From Podarcis tiliguerta (lineage: Eukaryota), in assembly GCA_965153285.1 (NCBI GenBank), contig OZ229115.1: DNA of 64,000 bases, one strand, 5' to 3'. The notes under the pieces were generated by a model. The model was not told where the DNA came from and did not search any database. It saw nothing but the letters and a program-made list of their open reading frames with translations. Of this stretch, positions 46,201 through 59,300 are shown in pieces (the stretch's first letter is position 1; each line of letters begins with the position of its first letter). The position numbers and the translations under genes are program-made.

Positions 46201-46480
46201 TTTGCGCTCCCCTTCCAGTCGCAGCCAGGCTGGCTCGCTCCGCCCTTCCGGAGGCGGCGGCTTCCCGCCCCTGCTGAGCCCGAAGCGGGAGGAGCCCGAC
46301 GCTGCTTCCCTGGGCCAGCAAGGGGAACGCGGCGCTGCAGCGGGGCTTTTGCAAGCTCTTTCTATCACCGCCCCCCTTTGTTTTAAATTATTTCGCTTGT
46401 GAGGGCGTCAGTTGTCTGGGGTTGTAGGCGGGAAAAGGCGAGCTGATGGAAAACCTGTGCCGGATTTACATATAAGCGGG
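45720..46480 (-). promoter_or_regulatory. CpG island promoter of TTC4
   Basis: Dense CpG spanning TTC4 exon 1; ETS-like ttccgg and E2F-like ggcgggaaa near 46427. Confidence 0.8.
46090..46200 (-). CDS. TTC4: TTC4 exon 1
   Basis: MMAEEEEEHEAGWDAFLDRFRGPERYAGALSPENWEQ|gtgcgt, inside CpG island. Confidence 0.9.
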
Positions 46481-46819
46481 TGGCGCTGTGGGTTAAACCA
46501 CAGAGCCTAGCACTTGCCGACCAGAAGGTCGGTAGCTCGAATCCCCACGACTGCGTGAGCTCCCGTTGCTCAGTCCCAGCTCCTGCCAACCTAGCAGTTC
46601 GAAAGCACGTCAAAGTGCAAGTAGATAAATAGGAACCACTCTGGCAGGAACGTAAATGGTGTTTCTGTGCACTGCTCTGGTTTGCCAGAAGCAGCTTAGT
46701 CATGCTGGCCACATGACCCAGAAGCTGTATGCCAGCTCCCTTGGCCAGTAATGCGAGATGAGCACCGCAGCCCCAGAGTCGTCCGCCACTGGACCTAATG
46801 GTCAAGGGTCCCTTTACCT
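46476..46819 (+). mobile_element. Sauria SINE
   Basis: Same head, body and tail (ggtggcgctgtgggttaaacc...cctttacct) as the other two copies. Confidence 0.88.
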
Positions 46820-47149
46820 AAGATGACTAAACAACAACATTGGTATTTAAAAGGGGCTTGCAGGAGTGTTGTATACAAGCTAATAAGTGACTAGGGCATG
46901 CATGCCTTGATCTTCATAGAAAAGCCTGTCATGGTGTAACTATAGCAAGCAAAAGTCCAGGAGGCTGGATTCTGTAGGGAATTGATGTTCTTTATTATCC
47001 AGGTAGCTGGTAAATTATCAATTCCTTTTATGGTCCTTTATAATGTTCTTGCTGAGGTTCAGTATAGGAAGAGTGATATTCACAGCCTTTTTGTTGTTGC
47101 TGTTAGGAGAGCTATACACCAAGATCCTTTCTCCTCTTCCAGTCTACTA

Positions 47150-47394
47150 TTAATTTCCATTGGCCGATCTCCAGAGGTTTATAACAGCAAGAAGTCTGGA
47201 AGGGGTGTGGCGGATACTATTCAGGGCTCTGGAACTCCTTAGAGCATTTTCAGCAGCAGTGTCACCGGCCTCCGTCTTGCCATTGCTTTCAAGCCTCTCC
47301 TTCTGATTGGAGAGAACAGAAGAAACGCGCTCATGGGCATGTGCTGCAGCTATGCACACAGAAGCATCTGGGTCATGCATCAAGCCTTCAAGAG
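47150..47394 (-). CDS. MROH7: MROH7-like last coding exon
   Basis: ALEGLMHDPDASVCIAAAHA...LWRSANGN*; minus-strand AATAAA at 46991..46996. Confidence 0.85.
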
Positions 47395-50300
47395 CTGAAA
47401 ATGAAAGGGAAACGTTAACACATAAGGGGGCTCTGATCCAAATAAATGCTAAACCTTTCACATTAAACCTTCAGCTATTTAATGTCTATTGTGGTTGTTG
47501 TGGACATCTTTAAAAATAACTCCACAAATTTTATGATTTGCACATATTTAGTGAATTTGCTTATTTGTGTCTTTCATTTTAGGGTGGATCAAAACAGAGA
47601 AAACCCCCTGCTATAAGTAAGTCAGAAATTAGATCATTATAACAAAAGGGAAAAAAACCACTATGGAAAATCGCATTTTAAAATTTCTTGCTCTCTGGTA
47701 CCATCTGGTGTTGTGTGTTTGTAGCGCATTCAAATCACTGTTCCTTTAGTAATATGCCTGAGTCCTGAGTTGCACATTATTATTATGGAAGTTATTATTA
47801 GGGACCGATATACTAGAGAGATTGGATGTAGAGAGAAAAGGCACAAGTCCTGAAGGGAAAGAGCCTTACCTACAACTATTAGCTACCGAAACATTAGCCG
47901 TTATTTCTCTGCAACTGTGGAGATCAGAGTTTACATTTTAGGAAGGAAATATGACAGTCCCATAATACTGCAGAGTTTTCGGCAGACTTAATTTCCTGAA
48001 TTGCAGCATAATTGTGTCCAAATCATTATGTGAAACCATATCATAGAATCACCCTTTTACAGTCTCTTTTTCTAAAACTGATACCCTACAAAAAACAAGA
48101 CGGTAAATTTACATATGTCTAATAGAGATTTGAAAAATACTTAAAGGTGTTTATATATTACCCTAAACGCACTTTGATTTCTTCCCCTCCCTAAGTATCT
48201 AGCAGCTTGTGCAATTTTGAATGCAACTGGGAGAAAAAGCAAAGTTGATTGTTCTGATTATATTGTGTGATTTTATGTATCCCATATGAAAGGATGTGCT
48301 CTACTTTAAGCACCACTTGTTGAATATTAAAGAAAAAATACATTGCTGTCTCAGGGTGGCCTCATAATGTTTTAAGGTGCTTTCAGTATTTTAATAGCAA
48401 GAAATAATTGATGTGAGTTAATTCATAAATTATCGACCAATAAGCCTTTGAACTTTGCTTATATTCTGTCTTTTTTTGTGTCTATTATCTTTCACGATTT
48501 TGGCATTTTAATAAAAATGAAGGAAGAAAGGGGGAAATATACACTATACACAAGTGTAACAGTGTCTACATCTAATTGTCTCTCCTTTGTGTTCACTCTC
48601 TTCATTTAGTACCTAAAGACATGACAGCAATAATCTTACAATTTCTCTATTTAACCTACCATGAATGATCATTTCCAAGTCTGTAGTTCCTGCCTTGCTG
48701 TCCATATGTTGTACTAGAAAACCTAAAGGCAACACACAAGGATTTAGTCGTCATTTACTTGGGTCAATGCCTGGTAGCAACGCGTGTAACTAATTCTACT
48801 TGAAAACAAGCCCTTTGTTTCAATGAAATGTCTTAAGAAAGTGGGTTTAAAATTGTTATATACTCAAGGACAAGGATGCAACTCTGTCCTGGTTGTCAGG
48901 GGAAGGGAGAGCTGGGTGTGCGTTCTGAAGCTAGCATTTGCTGAGTAGAAGCTTTCATCCAAACAGATGTCCACAAAGCAGCTTTATCGGCATCCTTTCA
49001 GCATAGCAGTGGCAAACCTTGCTCCTGAGCTGAATGAGGCCGTGCGTTTGAACTGTGACAGTGCCTCTTGCTTGTCTGGATAAAAGTGTGTGTGTGTTTT
49101 GTATAGAAATCTCTGGGTTTGATGTTGCAGGAATGTAGCCTACTGTACAAAGGTTAAGAGTCCTATCCCTTGTTCGATGAACTCACTACTAGAAAGCTGC
49201 TTATAAGTGAATTTGGTCCTTGGGTTTAAATAAATTCCCTAAACTTGTTTTAGGGAATTTGGATGATTTTAATGAATCCTCTCCACAGTAAAATGAAGAT
49301 CAAAAGGTCCTGGCAAGAGCTAATGCAAACAGTTGAACTTGTGTTTTTCATTTACCAAGGAACACGATGGAAGCCCTTTTTATCGGAAGAAGTTCACTCT
49401 GAGTGTAGTAAAGGTCCTGGTACAAGAATCTCTGGAGATTTGCCTCTTGCTTCTGCACCTGGAAACTCAAGAAATGCATAATTGGCTTCATTAAAAATAA
49501 AAATAAAGAGCTGGTGTGAGAGTTAGGAAAGAGCTGCATACATAAACATGCAACCATTTGCCATCATCATATCTGATTTTTTAAAAAGTCTGTAGATGGA
49601 CAAATATCAGCTTGCTATGAAGAATCAAATGAAGAAAGCTGTGCATAGCCTTTCATAGCGATGAGGAGGAGGAGGGATGTCAGTGCTGCTGCTCAATTCA
49701 CAGCATGGCTTTTGTTCCTCAACTGGCTGCACTAACAGAAGAGGAGGAGAGCATCTTTGAAAATCACCTCTTACATGGAAGCAACATTTGGATCGAAAGC
49801 CATTATGCGAGCTAAATAGCAGTGTCGAATTCCACCCCAGAATTCCAAAATGTCACAATTAGGGATGTCACTCAGCTCATAATCTTTCAAAAAGATTATC
49901 ACCCCACTTTGCCCTTAATCTAATCTAGACATTTATAAAAAACAATAAACTCAAAAAATTGTGGCTGTTGGGTTTTTTTTTTGTTTTAATTCCTTCAAGG
50001 TCATTACCCTTGCCACAATCAGGCTTGTGTTCTGCCTCTCTTGCTGTCCTTGTCTCTAGACTCCTTTGTACCAGCAAAGAACTTTTAGTGAAGCACTGGG
50101 AAGGGTTTATATTCAGTGGTAGAGCACATATCTTCCATGCAAAACACCCTGGGGACAACCCCTGTCATCTGCAGATAGGGCTGGGGAAGACTGACATTCT
50201 GGAGAACGGATGCTGTTTAATGTAAAGCAATAGTCAGAACTTGTAGACAACATACAAGGTACTGGCAGGTTTCATCCAGAACTTCTTCATGCTCAGGCCA

Positions 50301-53300
50301 AGCTTTCCTGCTGACAACCTGCTTTGGTAGTTTCCATCCCAGGAACTGAAAGGATTCATTTAAGGCATAACTACATTCCTGCAAGATATGGAGATGATAT
50401 ATCATTTTTTTACAACATTCAGAAAACAAAATGCCCAACTACTGAATAGTCTTTAGGAAGGACACACCTTCTGGTATTTGCTCATCAACGGACAGGAAAT
50501 GTTGAGGTTTAGTATATTTACACTCAAGGAAGCATGAAAACACTGTATGGGAAATGCATCCGGAAGACAAAATGTATTGAGGAGTTAGTGACCTGACACA
50601 GAGCCCTTCCTGCCTCTGTTCCTTCCCCCTCCCTCGCTCTTGTTAAGTTTTTTGATGGTGTGAGAACAGTCTTAGATGTCCTGAGAACATTGGGAGGAGG
50701 TGAAGCCCACCCCCCACAGCTGCCTCATCAGATGTGAAGGATAATGATGGGTACCTTCTTCGATGTTGGACATTCTTTTGAGAAAGTGAGGTATTGGGGG
50801 GGGGCTATCTATAAAATTGGACAGTTCAGGCAGAGTTTCTCTGAAGCTCATGCACAGACTGATTGGCCGCAGAGCCGTGCAAACTGAGGCTACCTGGGGA
50901 GTCGCTTCACTGCTTCTTGAGGGCTTCTAAGTGGCAAACTGAAGTGCTTGCTTGGTATGTACACATTGCTTGCTGTTTTAGAATAAAATCTTTAATCTTC
51001 TCACTCACTTGTGTAGTTTGTATTGCTTCTGAATCTCATTTTGAAAGAACCACCTTGCCTTTGGCAAGACAAGCACTCAGATGGGAGGCAGAAAAGGCTA
51101 GAAGAGAGAACTTTTTAAATTATCTGGTTGGTGAGAAGCATGATGGTTCTCCTGAAAACAGAGAAATGTTGGCAGAAGCTTGCCTTGTGGATGTCAGGGT
51201 CCTCCTCTTCGAGATGCAGAAGTAATGGAACCAAGTTTTCTAGTACCTGATGTCTCATTGCATGCTTGTTATTTTTCTTAGCCCGTTTCACCATTTTCCC
51301 AAAAAGACATATGGCGGAAGCACGGACACTTGCTCTTTCCTGCCTCAAAAACAAAAGAAGGCAGTGAGATTGTTTCAGTAGAGAGTGACATGCAAACTGA
51401 GCCTGATTAAAAATTTGCAATCCCATTTCTCCATTATTTTTTTAAAATGATAATTTTATTTCATTTCATGAAGCGATTTCACAATACAGTGGTACCTCAG
51501 GTTACATACGCTTCAGGTTACATACGCTTCATGTTGCAGACTCCGCTAACCCAGAAATAGTGCTTCAGGTTAAGAACTTTGCTTCAGGATGAGAACAGAA
51601 ATCGGGCTCCAGCAGCGCAGCAGCAGCAGGAGGCCCCATTAGCTAAAGTGGTGCTTCAGGTTAAGAACAGTTTCAGGTTAAGTAAGGACCTCCGGAATGA
51701 ATTAAGTACTTAACCTGAGGTACCACTGTACGATAAAAACATATGCCAGGTTAGTGCCAAATGTATTGCTCTGGTTTCCTTTGGACCATATCAGTGAGGC
51801 TGAGAAGTGGGGTCTTTGTCGTCTGGGCAGCCCAGAACCTCCATACACACTGCCCAGGTTTGCGTCCCGGGGAGGTCACTTTGGTGCTGCTGATGCAGCG
51901 GTTTGACTTCACCCCCGGAGGTGCACTCCATTGTCTCTCGAGACAAACGGATGCCAGCAACAACAACAAACGTATCTAAAACAATCACATAAAAGTCATC
52001 CAAAAGCATTATATATTAAAAACAGTTAAAACCAATTACATATACTGCATATGTATGTAATGTAATACTACTGGAATAAAAATCTCCACTTAGAAAGCTT
52101 GTTGAAAGTGGAAAGTCTCCAACAGATGCTGAAAAGGCCATAAAGATTCCACCTGTCTGAAATGTAATGGGAGTTCAAAAGGTTAGATACCAGCACACTA
52201 AAAGCCAGGTTCCCCTTCATGTGGAATGAGCCTTCTGATAAGATGGAATCTGCAGTATGTCCTCTCCTGCTGAGTGCAGTGATTGGTTTGGTATGTTAGG
52301 GATGAGATTATTTTTCAGATATCCTTGTCCCAAGCTGTATAGGGCTATATGGAACGGTTCATACGAGTGAATAGTAGCTGCTTCATGTTGCCCCCCATAG
52401 GGGGATTCTGATTTTGGGGTATTGTTAAAGGATGACAAGTTGTCTACCTTATTACTATATTTTTGGCACCACATGAGGATTTTCTGCCTCAGACTTGGGT
52501 TATCTCCATTTTTTTTACCTTACTGAAGCTGTGCAGCATCTATCTCTGGGCAGGGTTATCAGCTGTCAAATTTTTATTTTGCTCCCCTGAGCTCAGTGTC
52601 ACACCTATGATTCTCCCCTGCTATTTTATTCTTACAGCAACCTTGTGAGGTAGGTTAGGCCAAGAAAAAGAGCGACAGCCACAAGGACACTGAGTTTCTT
52701 TAATGGCACTGCCAGACTAGGGATCTGAACCTGAGAGTCTTTAAGTCCCACACTCTAGGCACTGCACCATATTGGTTCTCATTGTCAACGTGACCTCAAG
52801 AGAAAACCACTTCTGTGAAAGGGTAGGCCTGCCTCTTGGCTTGCAACAAAACCCAGCTAGTGTGACACTGCTTTCTTACGTCACTGAATAGTTCCTGAAG
52901 AGAAAGGCTGATATCGCAAATACAGTCTGCTCCTTCTGGGCCATTAAGAATCTTCTCAATTTCAGCAACTGCCTCTACAAACAGCTGCCCATCCATCCCA
53001 GAAAGACCTTTTGTCATGGCAGGCAATACAATCTTTACTTCCTCCTGCACAGAAAGGCATAATTTAAGTTAATAAACAGTCAAACCTTGGTTCTTGAACG
53101 GCTCTGTTTTTGAACATTTTGGCACCCGAATGCTGACAACACGGAAGCAAATGCTCTGGTTTTTTAACGTTTTTCGGAACCCGAACATCCGACGCAGCTT
53201 CCGTTTTGAGTTTCCTTATTGAATTGAGGTTTCTGCTTTCAGTTTTCGAATGTTTCAGAAGTCAAATGGTCTTCTGGAACGGATTACGTTCGAAAACTGA

Positions 53301-56300
53301 AGTTTCATTGTACCAGACCTATGGATAACAAGCTATCTGGATGTTATGTTTAAACATGAAGCAGTGGACAAGAAACATAATTTTAAGGCAAAGAAAGTGA
53401 AATAGCAATGGAGAATTAAGATTTTTTTGTAATATAATGTATGGTACTCACCTTCTCCAAGTGATAAAGTCTATTAAAAATAAAATCTTATACATGCTTG
53501 CTCAGAAGTAAGCCACACTGGCACATCAATATTTCCAGTTTTGGGAATATTTTATAAGTACATTCAACTGAGAACGCTTTAAAATATCTTCATGCTAAGC
53601 ATGCAAAATGCTGAAGAGCAGTCCATGTGCCTATAGGTGTTTAGGGCACAATTTGCTTATGCCACATACTGGAGAATTTGTGGCCATAACTCATAGGCTT
53701 TGGAGATTACTGCTATTTTTTGGATGGGATTCAATTCAACATACTGGAAAATTCAGGTTGCTCAATTAAAGCTGATTTTGTGCTCTTGCACAACAAACAC
53801 ACTTCACCCAAAATCAGAATTTTTGTAATAAGGAAAATTATTGGAAAACACGCTGGAAAGTATGGGCTAATGATTGATTGACACAACAACACAGAACCTC
53901 CCCACAAACAAATCAGAATGAATGATCAGTACAGTAAATAGTTCATGTTGTCTAACTGCTCCACAAATTTTGTGCAAATTGAGCTGAATGCAATTAAATC
54001 CTCAACAGATATTTCTGAAGTTATCAACTAAATCCAGTGAAATCATATGATGGGCCCTGTTGTTTACCTTTCCTATCCAGTATGCAATGTTAACCAGTCC
54101 TTTGATACACAACGCCCGGATGACTGGGTTTTCATTAGCCAGTCCTCGCTTCAGACGATACAAAGAATATTGTTTGGGAAGTCTTCTGGCCTCTGACATA
54201 CAAAGAAGCTAAAAGACAAAGAAGAGGTCCATGAGAATTTGGTTCACAAGCAACTGCCTGCTTCAGATGCCAAAAATGTACTAACTTCTTTCTGGCACTT
54301 GGTTATCAATCCTACCCAAAATTTCAAAGTACACAGTGGCCCTTCCAATGAACGCGCAATCTGTTTCTTCGTCCATGTTAAGCAGAAATGGCCTGCAGCA
54401 GTTGCACCCATCCATTCTTCTGCCTTCCGGGGGATTTATATGGTTTATTCTTTGTGCTGCATTCAACCACAGCAGGGGTAGAGAATCTCCAGCGTGTGGA
54501 CCAAATTTGGCCAGCACAGGTCCCAGTTTGTCCCATGAGGCTATTTCCCCTGAGCCATGCCTACTTGCCGCACATCTGATGTCATATTTGACATGACCTG
54601 ATGCCAAATGTGGAGGGAAAATAAGGACCAACCTAGCATTAGAGATCATACACTTTCTCAAGTATTACTAGTTGAACAGCTTCTGCTTTCAGGTAGGTAG
54701 CCGCGTTGGTCTGACGCAGTAGAAATACATATAAAAAAATAATAAAAATGTCCAGTAGCACCTTAGAGACCAACTAAGTTTGTTCTTGGTATCAGCTTTC
54801 TGCTTTGAATAAGTAAAACTGCATTGTTTTAATAGACCAAATATTGTTTACCTAATTTATTCTGCCCACAGCTTCCTACACAAAACGCAACAGGATGAAG
54901 CGGCTATTCAGATGCATTGCTACAAATATATTCTGTTTGATCCAACTCCACTTACACCACCAATAACAACTATCTGAGAACATAACCACAGAGTCACAGG
55001 TGGGCATTATCACTATGTTTGTACAACCATCCTTGGAATCAAGGCCAACAAGCCACTCTGCATTCCCAGAAAGGCCTCTATGGTTCCACAGTGCAGAAGC
55101 TGCATCTTCCTTACTTCGCTGAAGAAAGCCAATCCTGTGATCTGGTGCTCTTCATCACCTCGCTCCAGGAAGGGAACTAGGAGGTACAAGATCCTCAAAA
55201 GGTCATAATTGGAGGTCTGAAGCATGATTCTGGTTAGGAAAGACAATGCAGATGCACACCGTTATGGCCAGTGGTTAACTCTACACTTGGGAATTTTTTG
55301 TAAATGTTTGGGGTGCTCTAACCAAATGTTAGGGACGCGGGTGGCGCTGTGGGTTAAACCACAGAGCCTAGGACTTGCTGATCAGAAGGTCGGCGGTTCA
55401 AATCCCCGCGACGGGGTGAGCTCCCGTTGCTCAGTCCCAGCTCCTGCCAACATAGCAGTTTGAAAGCACGTCAAAGTGCAAGTAGATAAATAGGTACCAC
55501 TCCGATGGGAAGGTAAACGGTATTTCCGTGCACTGCTCTGGTTCCCCAGAAGCGGCTTCCACATGACCCCGAAGCTGTATGCCGGCTCCCTCAGCCAATA
55601 AAGCGAGATGAGCGCCGCAACCCCAGAGTCGGTCACGACTGGACCTAATGGTCAGGGGTCTCTTTACCTTTACCTTTAACCAAATGTTTACCACTGCGCA
55701 CCTTGCAATAAGGCCTACTCCCCGATGGTGATCTTCACAGCTGATGAGGAGCTCCCAGCCCCGCTCCTTCTCAATAAGAGTAAACTCACAATAGCACCTC
55801 ACAGCTAGGAGAAGAATCTTCAGTGCTGCTACAATATAGCTGAATTTAAAAATAAAATAAAATATGAGACACATCAAGAAGCAGGTGTAGCACAGGGGCG
55901 ACTTCCTAGTTGGGAAGTCCCCAGTTTAAATGTTACCTCTGCCACAAACCCACTAACTAGGTGGCCTTAGGCCTAGACTCAACCCTCCGTCTGCAATATG
56001 GGGATAATACTAGTCTGCTTTACAGGGCCAGTGTAGGATTATCGATGAAGCACTAGAGCACTTTGGAGAAATTCTATACAGTTGTACCTTGGTTCTCGAA
56101 CACCTTGTGACTCGAACGTTTTGGCTCCCGAACGCTGCAAACCTGGAAGCGAGTGTTCCGGTTTGCGAACGTTTTTTGGAAGCCAAATGTCTGACGTGGC
56201 TTCTGTGGCTTCCGCCTGAGTGCAGGAAGCTCCTGCAATCAATCAGAAGCCATGCCTTGGTTTTTGAAAGTGTTCAGAAGACGAACATTCTGTTCGAGAA

Positions 56301-59300
56301 CCAAGGTATGACTGTATACACAATTTAAACACTGTTGCTCAGCACTAGCTGAAGCTTCTGAATCAGACTCAGAAGCAGCCCCATATATAGCATACACTGC
56401 AGTAATCAAGCCTTGAGGTTACAAATGCATGGACTACAGTGGTCAGGTTGTCCCTATCCAGGAATGGCAGCCTAGTTGTACTCCTGAACTGCTTCTGCAG
56501 GACATACATTTTGAAAGGACACCACTCCCTCCACATCTAATCCAGGAGACTTGGTGGCCTGCAGGCCTTTTAAACCAGCCCATTACCCTCTCTTCAGCAT
56601 CTCTGCTTGCCTGGCAACCTTTCCTCTGCCCACTTCCTGCAAAAGAGCCATCTTTGGGAACTGCCACTTTTACTATCACAATCATTGGAGAATGCTGGCT
56701 CCTCTGATGTGTGTGATGCTGTGTCCACCCACCAGTGCCCCTTCAAGGGCATTGCCAGAAATTAAAATGGCGGCCTCCAAAACCACCTGCTTTTTTCAAA
56801 GGGAAGGGCTGGGACTCAGGGCAAGGCAAAAGTGGTGGGCCCCTTTTGTGGAGGTAGGTCCTTGCAGCTGCCTGAGGATGCTGATGCCAGGGCTAGATTA
56901 TGCCCACCAACAATCTGCTCTGTGTGGGTGAGATTTACTCAAGAGTGGCCTGCAGGCCTTTTAAACCAGGCCTTTATGTACTCAAGAGAACATAGCACAT
57001 GGACGCATGCCGTTACATAGGAGCATGTTCACGCGTTCTCGGGAGTGCGTTTGACCCCTACCATAACAAGTTCTCTCATATTTACCCCACAGGCTCAAAT
57101 TCCTCCTGAGAATCTGAGTTCTTTATTACGCTGTGCCTGATGCTATAGTGCACCTGAACAAGCAGCGCCATCAGCAGCCGGGGGTAGATGTAGAGGGCCA
57201 CTTCCGAACTTTTGGGCATAGATAACAGCTTCGAGAAAGCGCTGGCAGCCTGAGGGAGAGGGAGAAGGGAGAGGGAGAGAGAGACTGTGGTAAGATCTTT
57301 TCTCTGCAGAGCTCATTTATGTTTCTGGGGGTTGTTACTCCTGAACCACTTATCCTTCCTGGATTAATTTTAAATGTAAACACCTCTTCCCGAGTCAGGT
57401 CAACGGTCTATGCAACCTCTGTATAATGAGGTATATATTATTAGGTATGCTAACTGCAATTGATTTGAAAGCCTAGTTAACAAGGATGTGATTTTGGCAA
57501 GAATGGGCACCGCCTGAAAGAAACGCAACCCTAAGCCTATTTATTCACAAGTAGCGGTCACTGGATTCAACACTTTTGCAGTAACATCACTCAGTTCCTT
57601 TACAATCTCCATGCATGGAGACTGCTCCCTGTTGGACACTGCACGGCACATTTGTTTAATGACTGCTAGCAGGTCACATGGCCAACAGTTACATGAGTTT
57701 ACATTTGCTAGGAAGCAGCAGTGAATGTACATGCTAGAAAATACCTGTGCATGCAATCATTATGTGATGCGACATGTATAGGCTGCATGCTACTTCCTAC
57801 AAGGGATTTTGTCACATCCTAAGCAGGTCCTGTGCCAAAGGAGTTTTGGAAGAAGTAATGGAACTTGCTTTAGGAACAGATGAAGCTGCCTTCTGCTGAG
57901 TGGACCATTGATCCATCTAGCTCAGTATAGCATACCTGACTGGAGCAGCTCTCCAGCTCTCCAGGCCTTCAGACAGGGTTCTCTCCCAACCCAACCTGAA
58001 GATGCTGTGGATTGAACTTGGAACCTTTTGCAGGCAAGGCGGATGAACTGCCACTGAGCTATGCCCCTCCTTCCTTCTTTCTAGGGAGCTCATTTGCAAA
58101 AACCACCCAGACAAGTTGGTACAATTCCTTACAGCCAGAGGTGTGATATAATTTCCCGTGACCTTTGGGCTCTGCTGCAGCTTTTTCAGCAGTACATTCA
58201 CAAGGAGAGTTAGGTCATCATTCGAACATGTTTTGGTCAACACATGCCACATCTCAGAAGCATACCTGCAAGTTCAGGGGAGGGAAACAGAAACATTTCG
58301 GGTTGTACACCCAAAACCATGAACCATGTCAGTTGCCCCCCCCCCAACTGTTCTGAGTGCATAAATCAGAGATGGGGAAGCTGTAGTCCTCCAGATGTTG
58401 ATGGGACTTCAGCTCCCATCTGCCCCCATCCAGCATAGCCAATAAATGAAGACTTCGAAGAGTCCCCAGAGAGCAACAATGGCTGCAGTGGTGGGATCAA
58501 AAGTATACCATGGAAACCAATCCACCAAGAATGATACGTTATGCTTAAGTGACTGAGGTGCAATACCGTTATTCGGACCAATAGAAATTATTGATTGGTC
58601 CTCAAAGGGAAACATTCACAGAGATGTGGCATGCGAGGGGAAAGTCCCAAGCTGCACTTTGTAAAGTGGAGAGGAGGAGGTGTTCTACAGACTTGGGGGC
58701 GAAACTAGATGTGACCCCTGAGGCGTGTGAATGCATCTCTGTTGCTTTACTTCCCCCTCTGCCCTCAAAAAATAGCCATGCCTCTCTCTTTAGCATCAGA
58801 ATTCCCTTGTTCTATTTCCCCTCAATCCAGAGCCCTCCTACATTTCCATAACCAGACCAGGCTTCTGCTCCAACCCTCCTAAATCCACAAGCTGTTTGCT
58901 TTTTCCATATGGGAACTGGTTGTGAAGGATGACTGCGGGAGGCCATTCCGGCTCCCACTCTCTCCTTGCAGGAAAAGGTGGCACTCATAAGAATCTTCCC
59001 TGCTGGCTTTAGGTATTTTCTGATTTGTATTTTCTGGAGCACTGAGGCCTAAGTGCAGGTGGGAGAGAATGGGAACCCATGTTCCCTTGCACCCCAAAGT
59101 GTCCAGGGATTGAAGGCTGACCCAGCAGGACTAAGCATCACTGAACTATGTACCTGTCGATTGGTAAAGGGCACTGGAGAAGGGCACTGCATACTTCTGC
59201 CATGTAGGTATGAGCCAGCTGGGCCAGGACCCACATCATTATTTGCCTGTCCTGGTACTGGTAAATGGAACCAAGCTGCTGGTAGATCTTATCCACAATT

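Noticed and set aside
45672-46402. Long overlapping ORFs (201, 181, 127 aa)
   Set aside because: By-product of the GC-rich TTC4 CpG island; only 46090..46200 (-) is coding
54239-54661. Several overlapping ORFs in a MROH7 intron
   Set aside because: Not needed for the phase-consistent gene model and no recognisable domain
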